64,000 nt of DNA from Antechinus flavipes (lineage: Eukaryota): assembly GCF_016432865.1 (NCBI RefSeq), contig NC_067403.1:245210001-245274000 (forward strand). The letters are read 5' to 3'. A model generated the notes under the pieces. That model saw only the letters and a list, made by a program, of their open reading frames with translations. It did no database searches and was not told the DNA's origin. Made by a program: the position numbers and the translations under genes. The first letter of the stretch is position 1. Every line of letters begins with the position of its first letter. Shown here one piece after another: positions 25,484-35,977 of the stretch.

Positions 25484-26640
25484 ACTTTACCCGAAGCATA
25501 ATAGATTCTGTTCCAGCCATTTACCTTTATTCTGTATGTATCACTCTGCTTTAAATATGTTTCTTGTAAGCAACAAACTGTAGGATGCTGTCTTTTACTC
25601 CAGTCTTGTATCTGCTTCTGATTTATGGGAGTTCATTACACATCATGTTCAGCACCCTCTATGTATACCCATAACAGAGATACAATACCAATGTATTATC
25701 TTCCCAGATAGAGATATAAGCTTTTTAACTTTTAAAAGATAGTTATTTTTTTTTTCTTTTCTTTTTATGCTTCTCTTGAGGCTTGTATTTGAAGATCAAA
25801 TATTTTATTCACTTCTGGTCTTTTCATTAGAAATAGATGAAATTCAACTGTTCATTAAATGTCTATCTTTTCTCCTGAAAGATGATGCTCAGTTTTCCTG
25901 AATAGTTAATTCTTGGTTGCAATCCAAGTTCATTTGCCTTTCAGAATATCAGATGTCATGCTCTTAGATTTTTTAAATCTGGCTGCTTGCAATATTTTCT
26001 CCTTCATTAGATAATTCTGAAATTTATTTACAATGCTCTTTGTAGTTTTTATTTTGGTGTCTCTGTCGGGATTTAATCAGTGATTTCATTAAATGGCTAT
26101 TTTACCCTCTGTTTCTGGGACATCCAGGCAGTTTTCCTTGATGATTTCCTGAAAGATGATGTCTGGGCATTTTTTTTTTTCATTATGACTTTCATGAAGT
26201 CTGATTATTCTTAGATTCTCTGTGCTAGATCTATTTTCCAAGTCAATTGCTTTTTTTCCAATGAGGTATTTTACACTTTCTTCTATTTTTATTGTTTTGG
26301 TTTTCTTTGAATGATTCTTGAAGTCATAGTGAGTCATTCACTTCCATTTGTTCAATTCTAATTTTAGTGGATATTTTCTTGTTAGCTTTTTTTACCTTCT
26401 TTTGCATTTGGCCAATTCAACTTTTAAATGAGGTGTTTTATTGATTGCATTGTTTTCTATTTCTCAGATTTTGTTTTTAAATGAATTGGTTTCTTTTTGT
26501 AAGGAGTTATATACTTTTTTCCATTTTATCAAATCTTCATCATTTCATCATTTCTATTTTTTTCCATTTCATCAAATCTTTTTTTAAGGAGTTTTCTTCA
26601 GATCTTTTTGTTTTTCCTTAATATTTTTGCCAAATTTTCT
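24980..26640 (-). mobile_element. Degenerate L1 (ORF1 through endonuclease), antisense
   Basis: Minus-strand ORF track shows DLENRSS..NLRIIRLHE..IIFQEIIKENCLDV (ORF1) and KIDHILDHK (EN domain). Confidence 0.85.
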
Positions 26641-27290
26641 TCCCTCTATCATTCCATTGCAAAGTGTAGAATTTGATATGTTCATCCCACAACATGCTTT
26701 ATACCCCAAATCTGAGGATTATAAATCAGGTCACTCCTAATGCATTGAGATAGTAGAGCAGTCATAAGAATACTGGTTTATGAATATAAGGACAAGAATG
26801 CAAAATGGTTTATGAATATAAGGACAAGAGTGCAAATCCTAGCTCCCCCCTTGCCATATTGGCTTTGGGTAAGTTATCTCCCTTCTTTGAACCTCAGTTT
26901 GCCTAAAAATGGGATGTTGTAATATATTTTATTTCTAGTTCTTCACCTTTAATGAAGGCTACTATTATTCACAGCAGTCAGCTATGTAGACATGATCTAG
27001 CATGAACATATATAAGAACTGGAATTAGATTATATGTAATTATATATTATATCAATTATATTCTATTTATGTATGTGATGACTATGACAATTATACATAT
27101 ATCTTTTCATATATTCTCACAACTATATATTATATAGACATACACATATATATGTAAATTTACATATATATGTATTAGTATATGCATATATTTCACTATA
27201 TACTCTCTCTGGATACATGGATGTGTATGTATATACATGTATGTAAATATACTTTTATGTAGTGTAATAAATGTAGTACACTCTATTCTC

Positions 27291-27327
<37 letters not shown>

Positions 27328-28074
27328 TGTAGTAAATTATATAAATATTTGTATATATGCATGTATATTTGCTTTATATATGTTTGTTTACATATAATGT
27401 CTACTAACAAAATGCTGCAAAATGCCTACAGATAACATGTATGATATGGATATATGTATTTATAATTTGTATGTGTATGCACACATTTACAAATAAATAC
27501 ACTATATATACATACATTTATATTATACATGCATACTGGCACATGTATAATTACATGTATATAACTCTATTTATGCATAATAATTGACTCCACTCTTTTT
27601 CTATATCTGTGTGTGTGCATTTATATGTGAATAAAGACAAAGAGATTTTCTCAAAAAATAAATAAATAACTTAATAATCAAAGTTCTTGATTGGTACTAT
27701 AATTATAGGATATATTCTTTAACCTACCAGTTTATTATTTTGCTTTAATAAATCTATGTTACATACAAACATACATGTGTATGGATCTATGTGGAGATCC
27801 ATAGAGTGATTGTAATGGTAAGGAAAGTGGAGTTAGTCTGCCATATTGCAATATCTCAAACATCATTTAGTACTTATAATAAAAATAAAAGATAACATTT
27901 ATTCTGATGACCTTCTAAGGTCAAATAAAGCTAGGAGAAAGGGATTATAAAATTAGTTAGCCATACTACTCCATTTCTGGTTCAGTATGAAAGAATATTC
28001 GAGGGATTAACAAATAATGGATATAATTAACAGACCAAAAAAAGAAAAAAAATCATGCATTGAGAATACAATTT

Positions 28075-28300
28075 GCTTTGTGATTCAATCATTTCAGTCA
28101 TGTTCACTCTGTGACTTCATTTGAAATGTTCTTTGCAGAGATACTAGTTGCTTTTCATTTCCTTCCCCCTATTATTTTACATCTGAGAAAACTGAGGCAA
28201 GCAGGGTTGAGTGTCATGTTTAGGGTCGCATAGTTGGTAAGTGTCTGAGGCTAGCTATTAGCTCAACATGAAGCGTCTACCTGACTCCAAGCCATTGTGA
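28075..28300 (-). mobile_element. MAR1-type SINE
   Basis: ttcagtcatgttcactct..gcagagatactag..gaaaactgaggcaa..gtgtctgaggc..cctgactccaag. Confidence 0.75.
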
Positions 28301-28489
28301 TAATTAGCCAAATGTGGTTTACTTAGAGAAACATTTAAAACATTTGATTGGGTTTCAAAAAACTTTTGTTATTATTAAGTTACCATATTGTTGAGTTTTT
28401 TGACCTATGAATAAATGAAGAATTAATTTAAGAAATGAGATAGAGAAATAGCTGAATTGTTGTGATCTAGTTCAGATGGATCTGAATTG

Positions 28490-28507
28490 GTCCCTGTTCG
28501 GGCGCCA
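28490..28507 (-). promoter_or_regulatory. Retroviral primer-binding site, tRNA-Lys3 (UUU)
   Basis: Minus strand reads TGGCGCCCGAACAGGGAC, an 18/18 complement of the tRNA-Lys3 3' end (the HIV-1/MMTV PBS). It lies 3 nt after the LTR terminal CA. Confidence 0.95.
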
Positions 28508-28510
28508 AAA

Positions 28511-29025
28511 TGTGGTGAGCTTTTTCTTCTCAAAACTCTGCCAGGTGATAAAAGTTCAGATCTTTTATTATCTCCAATATAGCCCGGTTAACTTAGAGGC
28601 CTATCTCTCTACTTGGTTCCAAGAGCTCTTGCCACTTTGTCCTTTGCTTCTGCCTCTGCTTTCTTCAGCCTCCAGAGCCAGTACCAAGTTGAATCTGTCT
28701 TGCCTTGAAGACAGGGCTTCTGGTGTAATTCTGCTGAAATCTTGACTTGTAGCTTCTTCACTCTAAAGAACTTCCTTGACTGGCCCATTGAAGCTCTATT
28801 TATGCTCCTTCAAGAGAGGGATTGTGGGTTTTCTCCCATAGTGCTCTCTGGCCCAAAGAGCTTCAAGGGAGGTGTGAACTCATTGAACTCCAATGAGTAA
28901 AGGTGTGAACACAAGCCTTGTATTAATTAGTTCTACTTAGTACCTTGTTTCAGGTTCTGCCCAAAACATCTTCTTGTAAGATTAGATCAACTCTAATTAG
29001 TTAGCAGTTAGTAAGGATTCCAACA
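28511..29025 (-). mobile_element. ERV LTR (class II/beta-like), copy 1
   Basis: TGTTGGAATCC...CCACA termini; AATAAA at 28564-28569 (minus); followed by a Lys3 PBS; 6-bp flank CTGAAT 29026-29031 repeated at 28482-28487 and 28452-28457. Confidence 0.9.
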
Positions 29026-29748
29026 CTGAATAATTTTGTTATCTGTGAATTCATTGATAGTGATGTAATCTCATGCCAATAAAAGCTGTTGAAATAATTG
29101 GCTGCAAAAAATGTGTCATAGAATTCAGATTTAGAAAGCAAGTATACTAATGTACTATGTTAGATCAATGGTGGAAAATGGTGTTCCATTTGGCATGCCA
29201 TTAAAAAAAATCTCTCATTAGTAAATATCCTTAAGAAGGTGAAATTTAGGGATACAGAGTATGATTTCAGTCCTGAATTAAGAAATTGACTGTGGTTACA
29301 ATCGTGAAGACAGAAAGAACAAATGATCATTGTCCTTATGAATGTGAAAGTCTTTCATGTAAGGGAAAGGGATTAGAGATAGTTAGTTTAAAACTAAAGA
29401 GCAAAATAAATAAGGCAAGGATTAAAATTGCAGAAAAGTAAATTTAAGATAGTCCTAATGGAGGAATCTTCTAATCATAAGAAGTATCCAAAAGGGCAAT
29501 AGGTTGTCTTGGGTTATATGAGACTATAGCTCCAAGTGCAAAAACTTAGTATACATGATTTAGTAAAACATTTGGGAAAAAGTGAAATTTCATCACTGAA
29601 ATAAGAGTTCATTTCCAGTACAAAGTGGCATAAATCGACTCTGTTTGCTATAAATTTATTTTCCCTTAATTTGCTTCATAATGATGCAGAATGCTTATAC
29701 TCAATCTTTTACAATTCTACTCATTATTTTTCTTTCTTAATTATGTAC

Positions 29749-30358
29749 TGTTGGAATCCTTACTAACTGCTAACTAATTAGAGTTGATCTAATCTTACAA
29801 GAAGATTTTGGCCAGAACCTGAAACAAGGTACTAAGTAGAACTAATTAATACAAGGCTTGTGTTCACACCTTTACTCATTGGAGTCCACAAGTATGCTAG
29901 CTTCACAAAGTACACTTTCTAACTTCAAGGGAGTCCACACCTCCCTTAAAGTTCTTTGGGCCAGAGAGCACTATGGGAGAAAACCCATAATCCCATTCTC
30001 TCAGAAGATTCACATATAAGGCGAGACAGCCATTCCAGAATACATTTTTTCCTCTTGGCTGGCTGGTCGCAGAAGAGAGTTCAGCTGGACTCGAGAGGAG
30101 CGACTCTGGTGCAGAGAACACTTTGACGGATTTCAGTGGAGCTATGCCAGAAGCCCTCTCTCCGCGGCAAGTTGGTGGCTGGGCTCCCCAGAAGGAGACA
30201 AGAAAGACATTCCATCTCTGTGTTGGTTGGAGGCTGAAGAAAGCAGAGGCAGAGGCTGAAGGACAGAACCTTTGGATTTGGAGATATTCGGAGGGCTCTA
30301 AGCCTCTAAGCCCTGTGTTTTGAGAAGAACAAGAACTCCAACATTTGAACTCGTAACA
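29749..30358 (+). mobile_element. ERV solo LTR, same family, copy 2
   Basis: TGTTGGA...TCCAACA (30343) inverted termini; first ~130 bp nearly identical to copy 1; TATA-like CATATAAG at about 30013; exact 6-bp TSD ATGTAC at 29743-29748 and 30359-30364. Confidence 0.92.
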
Positions 30359-30397
30359 ATGTACAATTAGGATTCTTTATTAAAAATTTTATTTTCT

Positions 30398-32187
30398 AAA
30401 GATGACAATACTCCCTAAACTAATCTATTTATTTAGTGCTATACCAATCAGACTTCCAAGAAAATATTTTAATGATCTAGAAAAAATAACAACAAAATTC
30501 ATATGGAACAATAAAAAGTCGAGAATCTCAAGGGAATTAATGAAAAAAAAAATCAAATGAAGGTGGCCTAGCTGTACCTGATCTAAAATTATATTATAAA
30601 GCAGCAGTCACCAAAACCATTTGGTATTGGCTAAGAAATAGATTAGTGGATCAGTGGAAAAGGTTAGGTTCACAAGACAGAATAGTCAACTATAGCAATT
30701 TAGTGTTTGACAAACCCAAAGCCCCTAACTTCTGGAAAAGAATTCATTATTTGATAAAAACTGCTGGGATAATTGGAAATTAGTATGGCAGAAATTAGGC
30801 ATGGACCCACACTTAACACCATATACCAAGATAAGATCAAAGTGGGTCCATGACCTAGACATAAAGAACGAGATTATAAATAAATTAGAGGAACATAGAA
30901 TAGTTTATCTCTCAGACTTGTGGAGGAGAAAGAAATTTGTGACCAAAGATGAACTAGAGACCATTACTGATCACAAAATAGAAAATTTTGATTACATCAA
31001 ATTAAAAAGCCTTTGTACAAACAAAACTAATGCAAACAAGATTAGAAGGGAAGCAACAAACTGGGAAAACATCTTCACAGTTAAAGGTTCTGATAAAGGC
31101 CTCATTTCCAAAATATATAGAGAACTGACTCAAATTTATAAGAAATCAAGCCATTCTCCAATTGATAAATGGTCAAAGGATATGAACAGACAATTTTCAG
31201 AGGATGAAATTGAAACTATTACCACTCATATGAAAGAGTGTTCCAAATCATTATTGATCAGAGAAATGCAAATTAAGACAACTCTGAGATACCACTACAC
31301 ACCTGTCAGATTGGCTAAGATGACAGGAAAAAATAATGATGAATGTTGGAGGGGATGCCGGAAAACTGGGACACTAATGCATTGTTGGTGGAGTTGTGAA
31401 CGAATCCAACCATTCTGGAGAGCAATCTGGAATTATGCCCAAAAAATTATCAAATTGTGCATACCCTTTGATCCAGCAGTGTTTCTATTGGGCTTATATC
31501 CTAAAGAGATACTAAAGAAGGGAAAGGGACCTGTATGTGCCAAAATGTTTGTGGTAGCCCTGTTTGTAGTGGCTAGAAACTGGAAATTGAATGGATGCCC
31601 ATCAATTGGAGAATGGCTGGGTAAATTGTGGTATATGAATGTTATGGAATATTATTGTTCTATAAGAAATGACCAGCAGGATGAATACAGAGAGGACTGG
31701 CGAGACTTACATGAACTGATGCTAAGTGAAATGAGCAGAACCAGGAGATCATTATACACTTCGACAACGATATTGTATGAGGACATATTTTGATGGAAGT
31801 GGATTTCTTTGACAAAGAGACCTGAGTTTCAATTGAAAAATGATGGACAAAAGCAGCTACACCCAAAGAAAGAACACTGGGAAACGAATGTGAACTATCT
31901 GCATTTTTGTTTTTCTTCCCGGTTATTTATACCTTCTGAATCCAATTCTCCCTATGCAACAAGAGAACTGTTCGGTTCTGCAAACATATATTGTATCTAG
32001 GATATACTGCAATATATCCAACATATAAAGGACTGCTTGCCATCTAGGGGAGGGGGTGGAGGGACGGAGGGGAAAAAATCGGAACAGAAACGAGTGCAAG
32101 GGATAATGGAAAAAAAATTACCCTGGCATGGATTCTGTCAATATAAAGTAATTATTAAATAAAAATAAAAAATAAAAATAATAAAAA
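30398..32187 (+). mobile_element. Young 5'-truncated L1 (ORF2 3' third + 3'UTR + A-tail)
   Basis: [17 protein letters not shown]... to ...TILYEDIF*; G-rich 3'UTR; A-tail; TSD 14/16 (aaaaattttattttct 30382-30397 / aaaaaattaattttct 32183-32198); retained CpGs. Confidence 0.95.
30801..31793 (+). CDS. L1 ORF2 C-terminal segment (330 aa open frame, includes cysteine-rich CCHC motif); part of a truncated element
   Basis: CWRGCRKTGTLMHCWWSC (C-x3-C-x7-H-x4-C), HLTPYTKI, IDKWSKDMNRQFS. Confidence 0.85.
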   Translation: MDPHLTPYTKIRSKWVHDLDIKNEIINKLEEHRIVYLSDLWRRKKFVTKDELETITDHKIENFDYIKLKSLCTNKTNANKIRREATNWENIFTVKGSDKGLISKIYRELTQIYKKSSHSPIDKWSKDMNRQFSEDEIETITTHMKECSKSLLIREMQIKTTLRYHYTPVRLAKMTGKNNDECWRGCRKTGTLMHCWWSCERIQPFWRAIWNYAQKIIKLCIPFDPAVFLLGLYPKEILKKGKGPVCAKMFVVALFVVARNWKLNGCPSIGEWLGKLWYMNVMEYYCSIRNDQQDEYREDWRDLHELMLSEMSRTRRSLYTSTTILYEDIF

Positions 32188-32491
32188 ATTAATTTTCTCA
32201 TTATAATAAATTACTCAAAGACTGAAAATACATTAGCATTATTTTAGATAACGTCAATGCACATGGAAAAGGAATATTAAAATGAAGACATAAAGCTAGT
32301 TGCTCCAAATTGAATAATAAGGCTAATGAAACAAGTCATGGCCCAGTGTTCAAGGGCTTTGGAATTGTAGAAATATTTTATGTGTCTTAATTTACCCAAA
32401 GGAAAAAAGTATTCTTTCTGTTTCTCTGTCTCAATTTCTCTGTTTTTATACTGCTCCCCTGAACGCTCTGTCTGCCTACAAATATGATTGA

Positions 32492-32546
<55 letters not shown>

Positions 32547-32939
32547 TACCTCTTTCTCTTTTGACCTCTTCCTCTCTCTCTCTCTCTCTCTTAAGCACAA
32601 AACCACAAATTCATAATTAAATTGAATTTTTTTAGGAAAAAAAAATTTCCAGTGTTGAAGAAAACTAATAGAAAGCATAATAAAATGGCACTCACAATAT
32701 CTCTTGATCTTTGTTATTATTTAAGATATAGTAGAAGGTTTTAACCTTAGTCACACTTAACTTAAGGAAAATGAAAATTTCAGCCCAGTGTTTTTTATAT
32801 TCAAATAGAATCTCTTGACAGACTCATTTTAGCACATTTTAAGTGCAAGGGAAAAAAATAAGCTGAAGTATTTTAATAGAAGTATGACAGAACAGAATAC
32901 TAATGCTTTTAGATTTGACTAATTGCTTCATACATGGAT

Positions 32940-33863
32940 TCACTTAGGAAGTAGTTTTCTCAGTGCAGCAATGACATCCTTATTTCTCAAACTGTAGATC
33001 AGGGGGTTAAACACTGGAGTCACAATAGTGTAGAAAAGAGCAAGCACTTTGCTGGATCCTGATGATTGAACGGATTTTGGCTGCAAATACGCAATACTTC
33101 CAGACCCATAGAAAAAGAACACAACCATTAAATGAGAAGAACAAGTAGAGAAAGCTTTGGCTCTCCCTGAGGTGGAGGGCAATTTTAGGATCGTAGTTAT
33201 GATTTTGATATAGGAGGCAAGTATCAATAAAAAGGGAATTATAACAAATAGTAGAGCCACAACATGGACAGAGACCTCTACCTTATATGTGTCTGTACAC
33301 GCCAAGGGGAATAAAGGAGGGGCATCACAGAAAATGTGATTGATTTTATTAGGGCCACAAAAGTTCATGGAAAAAATCTGATATGTCTCACCAATCAGGG
33401 CTGGGACCCCAGTCAGCCAGGAAGCCACAACCAGTTGGATACATGCTCTGTGATTCATAATGAGAGGATAATAGAGAGGCTTACTGATTGCCACATAACG
33501 GTCATAAGCCATCACAGTTAGGAGAAGGCACTCTGCCCCTCCAAAAATATAAAGGAAACAAGCTTGTATAGCACAGGCTATGAAGGAAATAGTTCTCTTC
33601 TGGGTCCAGAGATCTGCCAACATTCTGGGCATAGTGACTGATGTGTAACAGATTTCCAAAAAGGAAAAGTTCCCCAGGAAAAAATACATAGGGGTATGGA
33701 GAGCTGGATCGGTTTTGGTTATAATAATGAGGAGGCCATTTCCTATTAGTATACTTAGGTAGATGATAGAGAAAATTCCAAAGAGAAACCCTTGGAGATT
33801 AGGAAGGTCAGAAAATCCCAGGAGAATGAATTCCATCATATTTGTGAGATTGTTTTCTGCCAT
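32940..33863 (-). CDS. OR10AG1-like: Olfactory receptor, family 10 (OR gene 4), 307 aa, intact
   Basis: LHTPMYFFLGNFS, MAYDRYVAISKPL, KAFSTCSSHL, FNPLIYSLRNKD; acceptor ttccacag 16 nt upstream of the ATG. Confidence 0.95.
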   Translation of the reverse strand: MAENNLTNMMEFILLGFSDLPNLQGFLFGIFSIIYLSILIGNGLLIIITKTDPALHTPMYFFLGNFSFLEICYTSVTMPRMLADLWTQKRTISFIACAIQACFLYIFGGAECLLLTVMAYDRYVAISKPLYYPLIMNHRACIQLVVASWLTGVPALIGETYQIFSMNFCGPNKINHIFCDAPPLFPLACTDTYKVEVSVHVVALLFVIIPFLLILASYIKIITTILKLPSTSGRAKAFSTCSSHLMVVFFFYGSGSIAYLQPKSVQSSGSSKVLALFYTIVTPVFNPLIYSLRNKDVIAALRKLLPK

Positions 33864-35941
33864 TTGGTTTTTCTTCTGCCTGTGGAAATGATGAATTCAA
33901 AATGAAGCAATCACTTTACATCTCTGATCCTCACTTTCCCTCCTTCAAACAGGAAGAGTTGGATTTGAAGATCCACCTGATCCAGCCTAGATTTAATTTC
34001 ATATTTCTATCACCAACTCCAATATTCAAGGTTATATTCTTTCAATTTCTTTTTCAATTCTAAGATTCTATAATTGGAGAAAAATCCAAATCAACCAATA
34101 AGGGATTGTTAAATCTCTATCCTGGGCCAAGGACTCTAACCAAATTCCATGACCATTATTTTAAGATAAAATTTTCCTTAAATCTTACTTTTAAATAAGA
34201 ACAAAATTATATACCATATTGAACACGTCTATTATATGATTTGGCCATTTTTTCAAAGTTTATCTTATTTCTTTATCTTATACTGTGTAACCTTCTTTTG
34301 TATTTGCTAGAAAAAATCAATTCCTCCCTTTCTTGAATCACTATTTCATAGCATTTATATTAAATGTTTGTCAATTAACAAATGTTTGATACTAAACCTT
34401 AGTGATATATTCCATGTGTGTATCCTATACTTGTGAGATGTTTTCAAAAAATTATAGACATATTTTCTAGACCATTTGACCATTAAAAAAAATAAGCCCA
34501 ACTGGTTATTAATGAATGGATGACCATTTATTCATCTCTCTTAGAACAAAGACAATCATGGTTGTGGGTTTACAGTTTAAAACCTATTCCAATAGGGACT
34601 GATGCCACATTATGATAATATCACCTGTGGACAAAGAAAATTTCTAGGGAACAGAGGACTCCTAGTCTTGGGCTATCCAGACAAAAGGATCTGTCTGTAC
34701 ACAACTGGAGTAGAACAGGATAGCATTCCCTACATTGGATTATATTCCTGGCAAGATTCCAGGCAAGATGGATCAGAGTCAATGTAATCTTATTATCAGT
34801 AATACCATTTTGATGAAAAATGATCTCATTAAATGAGGAATTTAGGAGAAGAGAGAAGCTCTGAATTTCCCCACGGTGCTTTTTATTAATAATAATTTCT
34901 CATACTTCTTCCTGGGTTCTTAGGACCTGAAAGATAGTGAACATGTATTTTGCAACATTATTGATTTTGAAGTGAATTCCACATATAACAAATCAATTAA
35001 TAAATGTTTCACTGATGAACTTCTATTGAAAGAAGGAGCTACATACTTCTGTGTTAATCCACTGAAGTCAAAGCTAATACCATTTTGCTAAATATTCTGA
35101 TTTTGTTTTCTTTAATTTTAACACATTTGCTGTTGTCATTTCTCAATAATGCTGAACCGCCTTGATACTGCTTGAGACTTACTTGCAGAGATAGTGTAGG
35201 TATTTGTCCTTTCCTGCTCCACCTCATTTTACAGATGAGAGTCTCTGGCAAAGAGTTAAAGAGGTTGCCCATAATCACTCCACTAGTTGTGAGACTGGAT
35301 TTGACCTCAATGAAACTAATTTTGCGTCCAAATTCAGTGTTTTATTAATTATACCATCTAGCTGCCCCAATACTCTATTAAGATTAAAAAAACAAACCTC
35401 TTTAATTTCCTATTGTGTTGTACTACAATATTTAAGTAAAATCCTGTAGCAAAATCTTTTTTAATTTAAAAAAATTGTATTTATTTTGTCAATTGTTTTT
35501 CTAATTCTGCCTATTTTGCTTTTGATGAGCTCATACAAGTACTAATAATTGTTACTAGCATTTACATAGAATGATTTAACACCTGTGAAATATCGCATAA
35601 AAACAGTCAGCTAATTTAATCTTTATTATATTTGTCAATACATATATATGTATATTATTCAAAATTTATTCTCCATCTTTTCTCATGTTATGACAAGAGT
35701 ATAACAAATAAGTGTGAAATATTGCATAGCCTCACAATGAACTAATTCAGTCTTCCACACATACATATATACAGATATATTTAATATATTATTATTCTTT
35801 CTTATAACAATGCTGTAGAAAATAACTGAAATATTGTATAATCACAGTCAACTCATTTAAACTTCATTTAATATATATATAAAATTACTCTCCTTCATTT
35901 CTTATGTTATAATATCGTGACAAATAACTTGCTCTTCACAT

Positions 35942-35977
<36 letters not shown>

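Noticed and set aside
24250-26640. Twin-primed (5'-inverted) single L1 insertion
   Set aside because: The pieces are convergent, there is no A-tail or TSD, and the antisense part holds ORF1/EN; the geometry does not fit twin priming.
26774-26836. 32-bp tandem duplication (tggtttatgaatataaggacaaga.tgcaaa x2)
   Set aside because: Two copies inside SINE-like DNA; ordinary slippage, not an array. No CRISPR-like structure anywhere in this eukaryotic window.
28490-28507. tRNA-Lys gene
   Set aside because: Only the 18-nt 3' end including the post-transcriptional CCA is present, next to an LTR, so it is a PBS. The SINE heads are likewise not tRNA genes.
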